NCBI RefSeq assembly: GCF_030144855.1
Contig: NC_082721.1
Location: forward strand, 2,418,001 to 2,482,000
From: Hypanus sabinus
Lineage: Eukaryota
Reading direction: 5' to 3'
Length of the DNA stretch: 64,000 bases
The stretch's first letter is position 1. Every line of letters starts with the position of its first letter. A program made the position numbers and the translations under genes. Shown here piece by piece: positions 38,801 to 53,079 of the stretch. The notes below the pieces were generated by a model, which was not told the DNA's origin, made no database searches, and worked only from the letters and a program-made list of their open reading frames with translations.

Positions 38801-40733
38801 GTAAACACAAAAGACTCTGCAGATGCTGGCGTCAAAGCAAAACGCTGGAGGAACTCAGCAGGTCGGGCAGCATCCGTGGAGACAAACAGTCAGCGTTTCA
38901 GGCCAAGGCCCTTCGTCAGGACGGGGACGACAGAAGAGAGGGCAGGTTTTGTCTCTGCGGGGTCACACTAAGTTCAAGTTCAGACCGAGGTACACCACTC
39001 AGAACATATACTGTAACTCACACATTTAACACAAAGTAATATTTCCGCAAATAAATTAACAAATAATAAGGTGCATTTACGGCACAAGTTTTAAAGTAAA
39101 CAGTACAACGCTACCGGTGCTTCGTGATGGGACCTGGTAGGGAGCTCGATAGACTCCGACCTGGGGAAAGAAGCTGTTAGCCTTGTCCTAATGCTATGGC
39201 ATCTCCTGCCTGATCAGTGGGGGTTATACTACCCTCGCAAAACGGTGGAGGAACCAAGCAGGTCGGGGCGGTGTCTATGGAAAGAAATGAACAGCGAGCG
39301 AGACCCTTCATCGGGACTGCATGCCAAGGCACGGAAGATGGGAAATTGGGAAGTCACTATTTAGAAACGGTGAGTAGAATTGGTTGCCCGGTATCAGGGG
39401 GAAGGGAACTGATTCAGCCACAAACGATGCTATAAACATACTTAGTAAATATTAGTGGGATTAAAGAATTTTAGACAATGTGCCACATAAGAAGCAGATG
39501 CATGAATTAAAGCCTCTGGGTTTGGGGGTAACTTAATGGCAGAGGTTGGGAACTGGTTAACAGACAGGAGAAAGAAAACAGGAAGGAAGTTTTTTTTTCT
39601 CTCTCAGGGGGCAGTGGTAATCAGTACAGTACCAGAGGGATCAGTGATTGGGTCCCCTTCCATAAGATATAGGAGCAAATTAGGCCATTTGGCCCATCGA
39701 GTCTGTTCCACCATTCCATCATGGTTGCTTTATTATCCCTCTCAACCCCATTCCCCACACTGTACAGCAGTGGCCAAATAGTGAGAACACAAAACTGGGT
39801 AAGATTGTAAATCATAAAGAGGAAGCAAAGCAAAGACCAGGTGATCATATGGGCAACAACAAAACAACTTGGTAACGTCTGAACACAGAATACTGCAGCA
39901 CCATGCAAGACCTTTGGCCACAATTTGACCCAACCTCCTGACCACCAAATACAACCCTGAGATTCACTTTCTTGCAGGCATTCACAGTAAGTACAAAGAA
40001 ACACAATAGAATCAGTGAAAGACTTCACCCAATAAGATGAACAAACAACCAATTTGCAAAAGACAACCTGTTCAAATACAAAAGGAAATAATAATAAATA
40101 AGGAATAAATATCAAGAACATGAAATGGATAATGTCATCTGGAAAATAGTAGAGAGTTGGTTATGAACAAAGGCAGCTAACCCAAAACACACGGCCTGCA
40201 GACAACAAAAAGAGGAATTAACCTATATTTTTTTAAAACTCTACTTTGTGTGAAGTGCTTCCCCCAAAATCCAGAGACACAAAATGTTGGAGGTATTCAC
40301 TGGCTGAGGTGACAGGGTCACAAGACAACTGCCAACCTTCCTCAGACTTTGCCTTCCTAAGAACACTACACACAAAATGCTGAAGGAACTCAGCAGGCCG
40401 AGCAGCATGTGTAGAGGGGAATACAGTCGATGTTTATTCCTCTCCATGGATGCCGCCAGACCTGCTGAGCTCCTCCAGCATTTTGTGTGAGATGCTCCAG
40501 ACTTTCAGCTTCTGCAGAATCCCTTGTGTTTATACCTTTATATCGTTCGGTTCTCTGGGCCCAGCCTCAGGTCAAACCCCCACAGTCCCCGCACAGATTC
40601 TCAAGGATAGAAAAGGTGCAAAGTTTCTCAAGAGTTGAAAACTTATTCCCCGAGTCCATGTCCATAAATGGCCGCAGGGTTCATGATGTCTCGGGAAACC
40701 TCACAATAACAAATTGTTACAGCTCTCGTGTGA

Positions 40734-41615
<882 letters not shown>

Positions 41616-41702
41616 GAGATCGCACCCCACAAGGAGTCACCGTTAGTTTCCTCGTAGCGTTACCGTAACGGATGTAACAACCTCTATCTAAAACCATTGT
41701 CA

Positions 41703-41708
41703 ATTAAA
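41703..41708 (+). terminator. Candidate polyadenylation signal of TSSK6a (ATTAAA; a second at about 41734)
   Basis: About 90 nt after the stop codon. Confidence 0.5.
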
Positions 41709-44154
41709 CCTTTGAAAGTGAACTAGCTCATTTATTAAATTATTATTAAGCTGTAGTCTGCGAGCGTGCTCCGCGCATCTGGCCTCTTCCCTCTTCGTTT
41801 TCAGTCTTGAAAAAGGGTCTGGGCTCGAAGCCTTTATTTATTTAGAGCCTAATCACAGAACAACTTACAATGACCGATTAACCCGCACGTCTTCGGACTG
41901 TGCGAGGAAACCCGTGTACACACTTCGTACAGATGCCGCCGGTATTGAAATGCAAACTCCGATACCCCGACTGTAACTGCATCGCACTAACCGTTACGCA
42001 TCGTGATATTGGCTCTTTATTCCTCTCTATAGATGCTGCCTGGCCTGCTGAGTTCCTCCAGCATTTTGTGTGTGTTGCTGTGGATTTCCAGCATCTGCAG
42101 AATCTCGTTTGTTTATGAAACTCTTCTGAAACTCCAGAGTGGCCTCCCCTGACCTTGACCATTGCCTCTTCTCTCCCCGCCATCCTTTGACATTTTTGAC
42201 CCCCACCACCTCCCATCGGTGGTCCTTCCTCAGCCCATACCCCACACACTGCGAGAACAACCTTGGGATCCTTCTGTTCCTCATGTCCATCATTCCAATG
42301 GAAAATATGGCACACCCCTTCCCTTCTCACTGAGAAAACAGTTTCTGCTCACTTCCCAGCTAAGACATAGGGGCAGAATGAGGCCATTCAGCCCATCAAA
42401 TCTGCTCTGCCATTCTATCTCGTCTGATTTATTATCCCTCTCAACCTCATTCTCCTGTCTTCTCCCCATAACCTTTGATGTCCTGACTAATCAAGAACCT
42501 ATCAACTTCCATTTTAAATCTAGCTAATGACTTGACCTCCACAGCTGTCTGTGGCAATGAATTCCACAGATTCACCATCTTCTGGCTAAAGAAATTTCAC
42601 CTCATCTCTTTTCTAAGTGAACATCCCTCTGAGTCTGTGCCCTCTGCTCCTAGCTCCCCCACTACAGAAAACATCCTCTCTAAATCAACTCTACCTGGAA
42701 CATTCCGGCTTCTTGACCCTCATGGATCCCAGGCACACACTGGAACCCTAAGAGTGCCCATCCAGTGCAGAAACGAATGTATCCGGAGACTACTCGCTGA
42801 ACTCTTCAACCCAGTTCAGTTATTCGAACTATACTTAGTGACCCACAAAGTTCAAACTAAATTTATTATTTAAGTACAAATATATCACCATATAAAACCT
42901 TGAAATTCAGTTTCTTCTGTGCATTTACAACAAAGTAAAGAAATGCAACAGAACTTATGAAAAACTATACATAGAAGGACTGGTAAACTACCAATGTGCA
43001 AAGGAAGACCAATTGTGCAAAATAAAAAAGACGAATACTGAGAACATGAGTTGAATAACTCACAGAGCCTACAGCTTCAAACATCTCTGCTTACTTTGCC
43101 TTTCAGTGTCCATCACAGAAACGTATTCTCTATAACTTGCTCTCCAGACAGTGGCCCTCATTCCATCTCTGACCTCATCTTCACAAGTTGGATGTTCATT
43201 GCCAAGTGCACTCAAGTTGTTAGTTTACTTGGATGAGATGGTCCGTGAGGGTCAGGTACTGTGCTCTGTGCCTCTGAGATTGGATGCAGCGATGTGATGT
43301 TCATGATAAGGGTATCTGTTTATTCCTGTCCCATGAGCTAACGTGCCCAAACAATAACAGTGAACTAGGTTGAGAGAGGCAGCCGACTGAGGTTTCTCTG
43401 AAACATCTCAGAAGGTTGGAAACATCCCTGTTGCCCCCCTCTAAAGGGGTTTTCAAGGTGAACATGCTTCACTTTAACTGTGAATCTTGAAGTTACAATT
43501 GCCTGGTTGAAATAGGTGAGAACCAACTAATTAATGCAGGAACCCTAACGAGACCCAAATCTGATTGATCACCTGGCTTCAACATAACATCTTCAAATAG
43601 GTTCCTCTTTTGAAATAAAGGGGGTTCTAATCTTCACAATGGGCCTTCCCCCCTTTTAGATTGTCACTGAGGGGGAGATATTTGTCATGCCTTTCCAGAA
43701 AGTTCCATTCCTAGAGGTGGTCGATGCCTCTAATAAACATTTCCATGTCATTCAGGAGGGAAAGAGCTGACTTTCTTCATGGCCATCCACCAGAAATCGG
43801 AAGGAATGAAGGTTCATCCCACTGGAACATAATTTCCAGAGGACAGTTTGGCCCTTTGACCTCAATAGCAGGGCCATGCCCCCCAGACACTTCCATGGTG
43901 GGGGTGACCTCATAAATGCTGAGTGTCATGGACAGGATCAGAAGCACCTTACACTCCCCCCCCCCCACCATGGGAAACAATGCTCAACAAGACCTTCTGC
44001 ATGCAGGTCCCATCCTTTCCTGTCCTTCTGCAAAGCAGCAGCAAGCTCAATTGTGTCTTGGAATGCATGGAGCTGGATTCCTTCCGTGAACTCAGAGGGG
44101 AGAAGATGACAGCCTGAAGTACCAAATCATTTCATAGTTATCAGCACAGTGAAG

Positions 44155-44197
44155 CCAATCATTTTTTGAAAGTGCTTCAGGACACATGTCTATAAAA
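44155..44197 (+). promoter_or_regulatory. CCAAT box + TATA box of TSSK6b
   Basis: CCAAT at 44155 and TATAAAA at 44191, 126 nt upstream of the ATG; a homologous CATAAA lies at 40663 upstream of copy a. Confidence 0.6.
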
Positions 44198-44268
44198 GGT
44201 GATGGGGATGAGATGTGACACAGGGCAAACTTCACAACAGTAAATTATTACAGCAGGCCCATTGATAG

Positions 44269-45129
<861 letters not shown>

Positions 45130-45284
45130 AGGAATATGCTCTAAAGTGGCTTAGCTCGGGGTCCTTGTCGCATTATTGTCCTGCGCAATGTCCAGATCCC
45201 ATGGCTGGTAGGTTTGCCTCAGGTAAAGATGGTGTTTTCTGCTGAGAATGCTAGGTCTTCTTGTCAGGAGACAGAAACAGAGAC

Positions 45285-45288
<4 letters not shown>

Positions 45289-45320
<32 letters not shown>
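45289..45320. repeat. (AG)n microsatellite
   Basis: Direct reading. Confidence 0.95.
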
Positions 45321-45323
<3 letters not shown>

Positions 45324-46029
45324 AAGATTAGGTAAAATTAGAGAAAGAAGCACAAGAGATTACAGGGAGGGTGAGAGGGCTTGAGATATCAGAGAGAACA
45401 AGGAGGATGGAAACATTAGCCAGCAAGTTATCTCCTGTTTCTTTTTTTTCTTGTTTCTTTTTGGCTCTCTTTAATCTTTACATATATAATTTATGATTTT
45501 TTTAAAAACTGTTTATGCATTGCAATGAACTGCTGCCACAAAAGATTTCAAGACAAATGCCAGTGAAACATTACTGAGTGTCTGAATCACTACAGTCACC
45601 TCCATTGAGGTAGAAGCAGCTGGTGGAAGGTTCGAGTGCAGGTTGGAGTTATCAAAGTTCAAAGTAAATTTATTATCAAAGTTCATATATCTCACCATAT
45701 TCAACCCTGAGATTCATTTTCTTGCAGTATTCACAGCGATTCAGGAACAGCCTTTTCTCCTCCGCCATCCGATTCCTAAACAGATATTGAAGCTTTGGAC
45801 ACTACCTCACTTTTTTTAAAAGATACAGTATTTCTGTTTTAGCGCATTTAAAAAAATCTGTTCAATATACATAATTTATTTACTTATTTATTATGTTTTA
45901 TTTTATTCATTATTATTTGTTTCTCCCTCTGCTAGATTATGTATTGAATTGAGCTGCTGCTGCTAAGTTAACACATTTCACATCACATGCTGGTGATAAT
46001 AAACCTGATTCTGATTCTAAATACAAAGG

Positions 46030-46890
46030 AACAAAAATATATCAATAAGCAACAAATTTTGAGAACACGAGATGAAGAGTCCTTGAGTCCTTGGGATGTG
46101 GGAACAGTTCTGTGATGGGGCAAGTAAAGTTGAGTGAAGTTATCCCCTTTGGTTCAACAGTCTTATGGTTGAGGGGTAATTGTTCCTGAACCTGATGTTG
46201 TGAGCCCTGAAGCTCCAGTACCTTCTTCCTGATGGCAGCAGTGAGAAGAGAGCATGACCTAGTTGCTGGGGTCATCGATAATGGATGCTGCTTTCCTGTG
46301 ACGACACACTGTATAGATGTGCACAATTCTGTGGAGGTTTTACCTGAAATGGACTGCCCTGTATCCACTACTTTTTATTGGATTTTCTGTTCAAGGACAA
46401 TGGTGATTCCATACCAGGCCATGATGCAACCTGTCAGTATACTCTCCGCCACACATTTATAAAAGTTTGTCAACATTTTAGATGTCATACCAAATCTTTG
46501 CTTACTGCTATGGAAGTAAAGGCACTGCTGTACTTTCTTCATAATTGCACTTGCATGCTGGGCCCAGAACAGGTCCTCCGAAATGATAACACTGAGGAAC
46601 TTAAAGCTGCTGACACTCTCCACCTCTGATCGTCCAATAAGGACTGGCTCCTAGACTTCTGGTTTCCTCCTCCTGAAGACGATGATCAGTTATTTGGTCT
46701 TACTGACACTGAGTGAGAGGTTGTTGTTCTGGCACGAGGCAGCTGGATTTTGAACCTCCCTCCTCTGTGCTGATTGACTACCATCTTTGATTTGGTCAAC
46801 AACATAGATGTCATCAGCAAAACTGAATATGGCATTGGAGCTGTACTTAGCCACACAGTCATGAGTGTAAAGATCAAACACAGCAGCCAT
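46030..46890 (-). mobile_element. Rex1/Babar-like LINE fragment
   Basis: LYTHDCVAKYSSNAIFSFADD; ESVSSFKFL...YKCVAESILTGCIMAWYG. Confidence 0.8.
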
Positions 46891-47601
46891 CCTGTGAAAT
46901 GAGAGGCTGGGTTCTCAATACTGGCAACAATCAGGAGGGGGAAGTCAGTGGAGGTTACTTAATTAAGTCAACAAGAATGGGAAGAAAGTATTCCTGTGAA
47001 TCATTCCCAATTTATGGTCCCGTTCCCACACCCCCCCAATAGAACATGGAACAGTACAGTGCACGAACAGGTCCTTCGTGCTGAACCAATTAAATTAGTC
47101 ATCAAACAGCCAACTAAACTAATCTCTTCAGCCTGCACAATGTCCATATCCTTCCATTTTCCTCACATTCATGTGCCAATCTAGGACAATTTATATACTT
47201 CCCCATACTGCCTGTTCCTTTCCCTCCCCAAGCCTAGAGTAAAAGTCAGTGAATTATGATATCTCCAAAATGCTCTCTGTGAGAGATGCGTCACCTGACC
47301 TCACTCATTGGGAATCAGAGTGGGATTTGGCACGAGGTAGGTGGGAGCAGACACAGCAATGAGCAGTTGACTGAGGCAGAAGCAAGTCGTGGTAGGTCAC
47401 TGCACTAGAACACAGTTAGTTATGGAGCTGTAGCAGTGGGTAGAACAATGTGAGGCTAATATTAAGGTAATAATAGAAATGTATGTGAAGCTTTTTCACC
47501 ACAAGAAACTCATGAGTGAAGAGTTGGACACAAATTGTTTTAGGCTGATAAATAACAGCTTAATTTTAGTCTTTGTATAATTAGTCACTTGCATCTTTCT
47601 A

Positions 47602-47668
47602 CAGGACCATGCAAAAGTCTTAGGCACATATATTTAACTAGGGTGCCTAAGACTTTTGCACAATACTG
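47602..47668. mobile_element. Palindromic ~70-bp Tc1-type MITE, TA-flanked
   Basis: TA|CAG...GCAAAAGTCTTAGGCAC - GTGCCTAAGACTTTTGC...CTG|TA. Confidence 0.65.
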
Positions 47669-48520
47669 TATTTGTCAACGAGAGTTTGTAAATCTGGGGT
47701 GAGCAAAGGATGTTGGGAATGGTGAGGGTGGAGCGTTACGGGAAGGGTGTTGTACAGTTGGCAGAGAAATGCCAAGGGTGCGGGAGGGAGCTGTGACACG
47801 CTCAGCCCTGAGACATCAGAGAAGGTAATTTGATTCCAAACAATTGGTTTATTGATCATTACAGAATGTCTCTCTGGTGTTTCCTGTTTCCTTCCCTCTC
47901 CCTTCCCCTTTTCCCAACCGATTCCCCTCTCTCTGCCCCCTTCCCATTCTCAGACCACAATAGAGACCCATATCAGAATCAGGTTTGTCATCAGCAACAA
48001 CACACACAATACTGGAGGAACTCAGCAGGTCAGGCAGCATCTACGGAAATGAATAAACAATTGATATTTTGGGCTGAAACCTTCTTCGGGACTGAGAAGG
48101 AAGGGGAGGATACCTGAAGAAAAAGGTCAGGTGAAGGAAGAAGGCAAGATGAACAATGTTAGGTGAAGCCAGGTGGGTGGGTAAAGGTCAAGGTCTGGAG
48201 AGGAAGGAATCTAAAAGGAGAGGAGAGTGGACAATAGGAGAAAAGGAAGGAGGAAGGGACCCAGGGGGCACATAGGCTGGTGAGGTCAAAGGTGAAAGTG
48301 GGGACTAAAGGAAGCCGGGGAGGGGGGTGGTTTGTTTACTGTAAAGAGAAATCAATATTCATGCTATCAGGCCGGAGAGTACCCAGATGAAAAACAAGGT
48401 GTTCTTCCTCCACCAACGGTGGCTGCATCTTTGCACAAGAGGTGGCCACGGACTGACACTCACATCATGAAATCTGTTTTTTCCTGTGGTGGCAGTACAG
48501 TGCAATACATAAAATTACTA

Positions 48521-48591
48521 CAGTACTGTAAAAATCTTAGGCACCCTAGCTATATATGTGTGTGTGTGCTTAAAACTTTTGCACAGTACTG
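48521..48591. mobile_element. Second copy of the palindromic Tc1-type MITE
   Basis: TA|CAGTACTGT...CTTAGGCAC...GTGCTTAA...TTTTGCACAGTACTG|TA. Confidence 0.65.
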
Positions 48592-50368
48592 TACATCCAT
48601 GAGTAGATGAAGGCTGATCTGGTTACCTGTAAATATTGGCTGTTGGCATGCGACTGTTACTCTTTGTTAGGCAGAAACAGTGAAGTGTGTGGGGATAACC
48701 ATCCTCTGGCATTAACTTTCACCTCCAGCGACCACCTGCAGCCAAGGACAGCCCCACCAGTTACTTGCCTAATATGGCAACACCAAAGCTCCAACAGAGA
48801 ATCGGGGTGAAGGTGAGGCTGTGGTGTGGGAATGGGATGGGGGGTAGATGTGGAGAGCTTTTCAATCATTGAGGACACATTCAAAAGGGGACGACTCAAA
48901 AAGGCATCCATCACCAAGGCCCCTCACCACCCTGGACTTGCCCTCTTCTCATTGCTACTATCTTTTTGCTCTCTTCCCGCACAATGTATTTAATTTTAAA
49001 ATATATTATTGTAAATTATAGTATTTTATTATTATGTATTGCACTGAAATGCTGCTGCAAAACAACCAATTTCACAGTATATGCCCAGTAATGTTAAACC
49101 TAATTCTCAATCTGAGAGTTCAAAACCTGGTTCAGGAATGGGTACTTTTCTTAATTTATTCAGTTCTTAAACCAACTGGCACAACCCAAATCACTACCTC
49201 AGTATAGCAATGCTGACCACTGTGATCACTTTGCACTACAAAGGATATTTTTATTCTAATTGTGTTCCCTCTTGTAGAAATTATATATAATTTATGTGTT
49301 TGTTGTGACACTGCTTATCTGATGTGGTGAGCATGTGATGCTGCTGCAAATAAGTCTTTCATTGCACCTGTTCCCATATGCACTTGTGCAGATGCCAGTA
49401 AGCAAGGGCTTTTCTTTGGAAACTTAGTTGTGCAGACGTTCATTACGAGCCTCCCACCATACCTCGTTTTGAACCCCCTGTATTCTGCCTTCAAATTCAA
49501 CCTTCCAAAGTGAACTATTACACACTACTCTGGCTTGAACTCCATCTGTCAGTGGTCAAAGTAAATTTATTAACAAAGTACATAAACATCACCATATAAT
49601 CTGAAATTCACTTTCTTGTGGGCATTCACAGTAAATACAAGGAACCTAAGGGCCGCACCCAATAGGAAAAAGGTGGAAAGATGGCACTAATGAAACATGG
49701 CAATGTTGTGGACAGCTTACAAAAATTCTAAATTTATTCCAAAACTACTCTAACTGCAATCTGTCTGTAATTTCTCTTTAAACTTTTGAATCATCTTAAT
49801 GAACTAGCAATTTCATAATCTTCTCAAGGACTCAGCAGACTCAACTCTCAAGCATGCAGGCTCAGCATCTTTATACAAATAAAGGTCCTCCGAATTAGCA
49901 ATCCTGCCCTTAAGTCCTCAGTTTTGTACATTTACCAACAAGACGCTGGGTGGATGGGAGTTTCATTCCAGCTTGGAGCCCTCCCTTCAAGCCATGGCGT
50001 CATTTCTTCTCTTTGGATGCCAATGCCCCATTGTAATTTACAACTATCTACACCACCATCAACTTTCTTATCCATATACCAGCCTCAGTGTCTTTTCAAT
50101 GTTGTTATTGTACCCGACCCATACGTTTCCTATGGCAGCTCATTCAATGAATTAATCATTCTCTGAATGAAATAGTTGTCCCTCAGGTCCTTTCTATAAT
50201 CCTTCTCACCTTAAAATTATTGCCTCTAGTTTTTGAGTCTCTTTCCCAGGGAACAAAACTTGAGTGCATTACCTTTACCTACCCACCTCCTAGCTTCTCA
50301 CCATCTTCCCTACCTGGTGTCACCCATCACCAGTCAGCTTCCCCTCCCATCTTCTTAGCCTTCCTTTC

Positions 50369-50406
50369 CAGTCCTGATGAAGGGTTTCAGCCTGAAACAT
50401 TGACTG
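50369..50406 (+). ncRNA. Minimal type-I hammerhead ribozyme-like motif (best-preserved copy; cleavage triplet region CpG-decayed)
   Basis: CAGTC-CTGATGA-AGG GTTTCAG CCT-GAAAC-ATT-GACTG: stem I CAGUC/GACUG, core CUGAUGA and GAAA, stem II AGG/CCU. Confidence 0.6.
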
Positions 50407-51124
50407 TTTATTCCTTTCTATAGATGCTGCCTTACCTGCTGAGTTGTGTCTGTCGCTTGAGTCTGCCCTACCATTCCATCATGGCTGATTTGCAGAATCT
50501 CGTTTATGACTTCATTCATTTCTATCACCCCTCAGTCTCTTACACTCCAAGGATAAAGTTCTGGGTTTGCCTCGTGTCTCTGAAGGAGCTCTGTGTCTAA
50601 CGTGTATTGAATTTAAAAGACGGTAACAGGGCAAAGTAAAGGAAACTTTTATCGGGTCTGACCTGTGTTGTCCCCATTTTGGGAGTGTGTGATGGGACGA
50701 GTGAGGTGAGTCCTGACGGAGATAGGGGACTGCTTTGACAAGCACCTTGGTCCCACCTGCAAAAAATGGAATTCCCCGGTGGCAAGTCATTTTAATTCCC
50801 ATCCCTATTCCTGATCTGATATGCCAATCCATGGCCTTCTCTACTGCAATGACGAGGTCACTCTCGGGTTGGAGGAACACCTTATATTCCATCTGGGTAG
50901 CCTTCAACCTGAAGGCATGGACATCAATTTCTATACCTTCCAATAATTCTCACCTCCCCCCATTTCCTTCTTGTTCTATTCTGCTTACCTCTTCTCAACT
51001 ACCTATGACCTCCTCCTAGTGTGCCCCTGCTTCCCTTTCTTCCACGGACCACTCTCCTTTCCTATCAGACTCCTTCAGCCCTCGATGTTGTGTCGACCCA
51101 TATATTCCTTAAAAAAAAAGTACT

Positions 51125-52680
51125 AAACTCACACTACCCCATAACCCTCCATTTTTCTTTCATCCATATGCCTGTCCAAGAGGCTCTTAAATACCCCTAA
51201 TGTTTTAGCCTCCACCACCATACCTGGCAAGTCATTCCAGGCACCCACAACCCTCTGTTTAAAAAACATACCCCTCATGTCTCTCCTAAACTTCCCTCCC
51301 TTAATTTAGTACATATGCCCTCTGGCGTTTGCTATTCGTGCCCTGGGAAACAGGTATTGGCTATCCACCCTATCTATGCCTCATAATCTTGTAGACCTCT
51401 ATCAGGTCCCCTCTCATTCTTCTATGCTCCAAAGAGAAAAAAGTCCCAACTCTGCTAACCTTGCCTCATAAGACTTGTTTTCCAATCCAGGCAACATCCT
51501 GGTAAATCTCCTCTGCATCCTTCCTATAATGAGGTGACCAGAACTGAACACAATACTCTGGTAAGTGCTGTCTCACCAGAGATTTGTAGTTTCAACATGA
51601 CCGCTCTACTCTTGAACTCAATCCCCCTATTAATGAAGCCTAGCATCCTATAGGCCTTCTTAACTACCCTATCAATCTGTGCAGCAACCTTGAGGGATGT
51701 ATGGATTTGAACCTCAAGGTCCCTCTGTTCATCCACCCTGTACACGGCGTTACACTTATCCGGATTGAGATCCATCTGCCACTTTTCTGCCCAAATCTGA
51801 ATCCTGTCTATATCTTCCTGTAATCTTTGACAACCTACAGTTCCATCCACAACTCCTCCAATCTTTGTGTCATCTGCAAACTTACTCACCCATCCTTCCG
51901 CCTCTTCATCCAGGTCATTTATAAAAATCACAAAGAGCAGGGGTCCCAGAACAGATCCCTGGGCACTCCAAGTCACTGACCTCCAGGCAGAATACTTTCC
52001 TTCCACTACTACCTTCTGCTTTCTTCCTGTAAACCAATTCTTTTTAATCCAAACAGCCAAGGTTCCACTGATCCCATGCCTCATGACTTTCTGGATGAGT
52101 CTCTCGTGGGGGACTTTGTCAAATCTATGTAGACCACATCTACCGCCCTATCCTTATCAATTTCTTTTGTTACCTCTTCAAAAAACTCAATTAGGCTCGT
52201 GAGGCACGACCTTCCCTTCATGAAGCCATGCTGACTATCTTTGAGTAAATTGTACTTCTCCAAATGATCGTAGATCCTATTCCTAAGAATCTTTTCCAAT
52301 AGTTTGCAGACCACTGATGCAAGACTCACCAGTCTACAGTTCCCAGGATTCTCCCTATTACCTTTTAAAAACAAGGGAACTACATTTGCCATTCTCCAAT
52401 CCTCCGTCACCTCCCCTGCAATCAAAGAGGATTCAAAAATAGCTACTGCTCCAGCGATCTCTTCTCTCACTTTGCACAACAACCTGGGGTATATCATGTC
52501 CGGCCCTGGGGACTTATTCTTCCTTAAACTCCACACTGTCCAACACACAGGCCTGTTCTATTTCAACCTCGCCCTGATCAAGTTCCTTTTCACTTGTGAA
52601 TACTGAAGCAAAATATTCATTTAGGACCTCCCCAACCTCCTCCACCTCCAGGCATGTTGCCTTCTTTATCCTTTAGTGGC
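51125..52680 (-). mobile_element. CR1 LINE ORF2 fragment
   Basis: KSPGPD.IYPRLL...WRMANVVPLF.KG...QHGF..GRSCLT; [18 protein letters not shown]...KFADDTKIG. Confidence 0.9.
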
Positions 52681-53079
52681 CCCACCTTCATTCCTATCAC
52701 CCATTACCTCCCAGCTTCCTACTTGATCCCCTCTCCCCCACCCACCTGGCTTCACCCATCACCTTCTAGCTAGTCCTCCTCCCCTCTCCCCATCCTTTTT
52801 TTAAATTTTGGCATCCTTCCTTTTCAGTCCTAATGAAGGGTCTCAACCTGAAACCTCTAATGTTTATGCACTCCCATTGATGCTGCTTGACCTGATGAGT
52901 TCCCCCATCATTCTGTGTGTGTTGCTCTGCAGAAGCTCCTGTGTTTGCGATGGAATTTTAATGTGTCTAATCTATATTGCCCCTATTCTGGGAGTATGTG
53001 ACAGGACAATGTGGAGCAAATTTTATTTTTTAACTAGTGTTGTATCTTACCTGAGAAGAGACAACATTGAAGTCTGAAA

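Noticed and set aside
38154-38835. Long Pro/Ser/His-rich minus-strand ORFs (127-221 aa)
   Set aside because: Artefacts of the stop-poor minisatellite.
38887-38924. Hammerhead copy near the ARMC6 promoter as an active ribozyme
   Set aside because: The core CUGACGA/GAAA is present, but the triplet reads GCU rather than GUH, so it is probably inactive.
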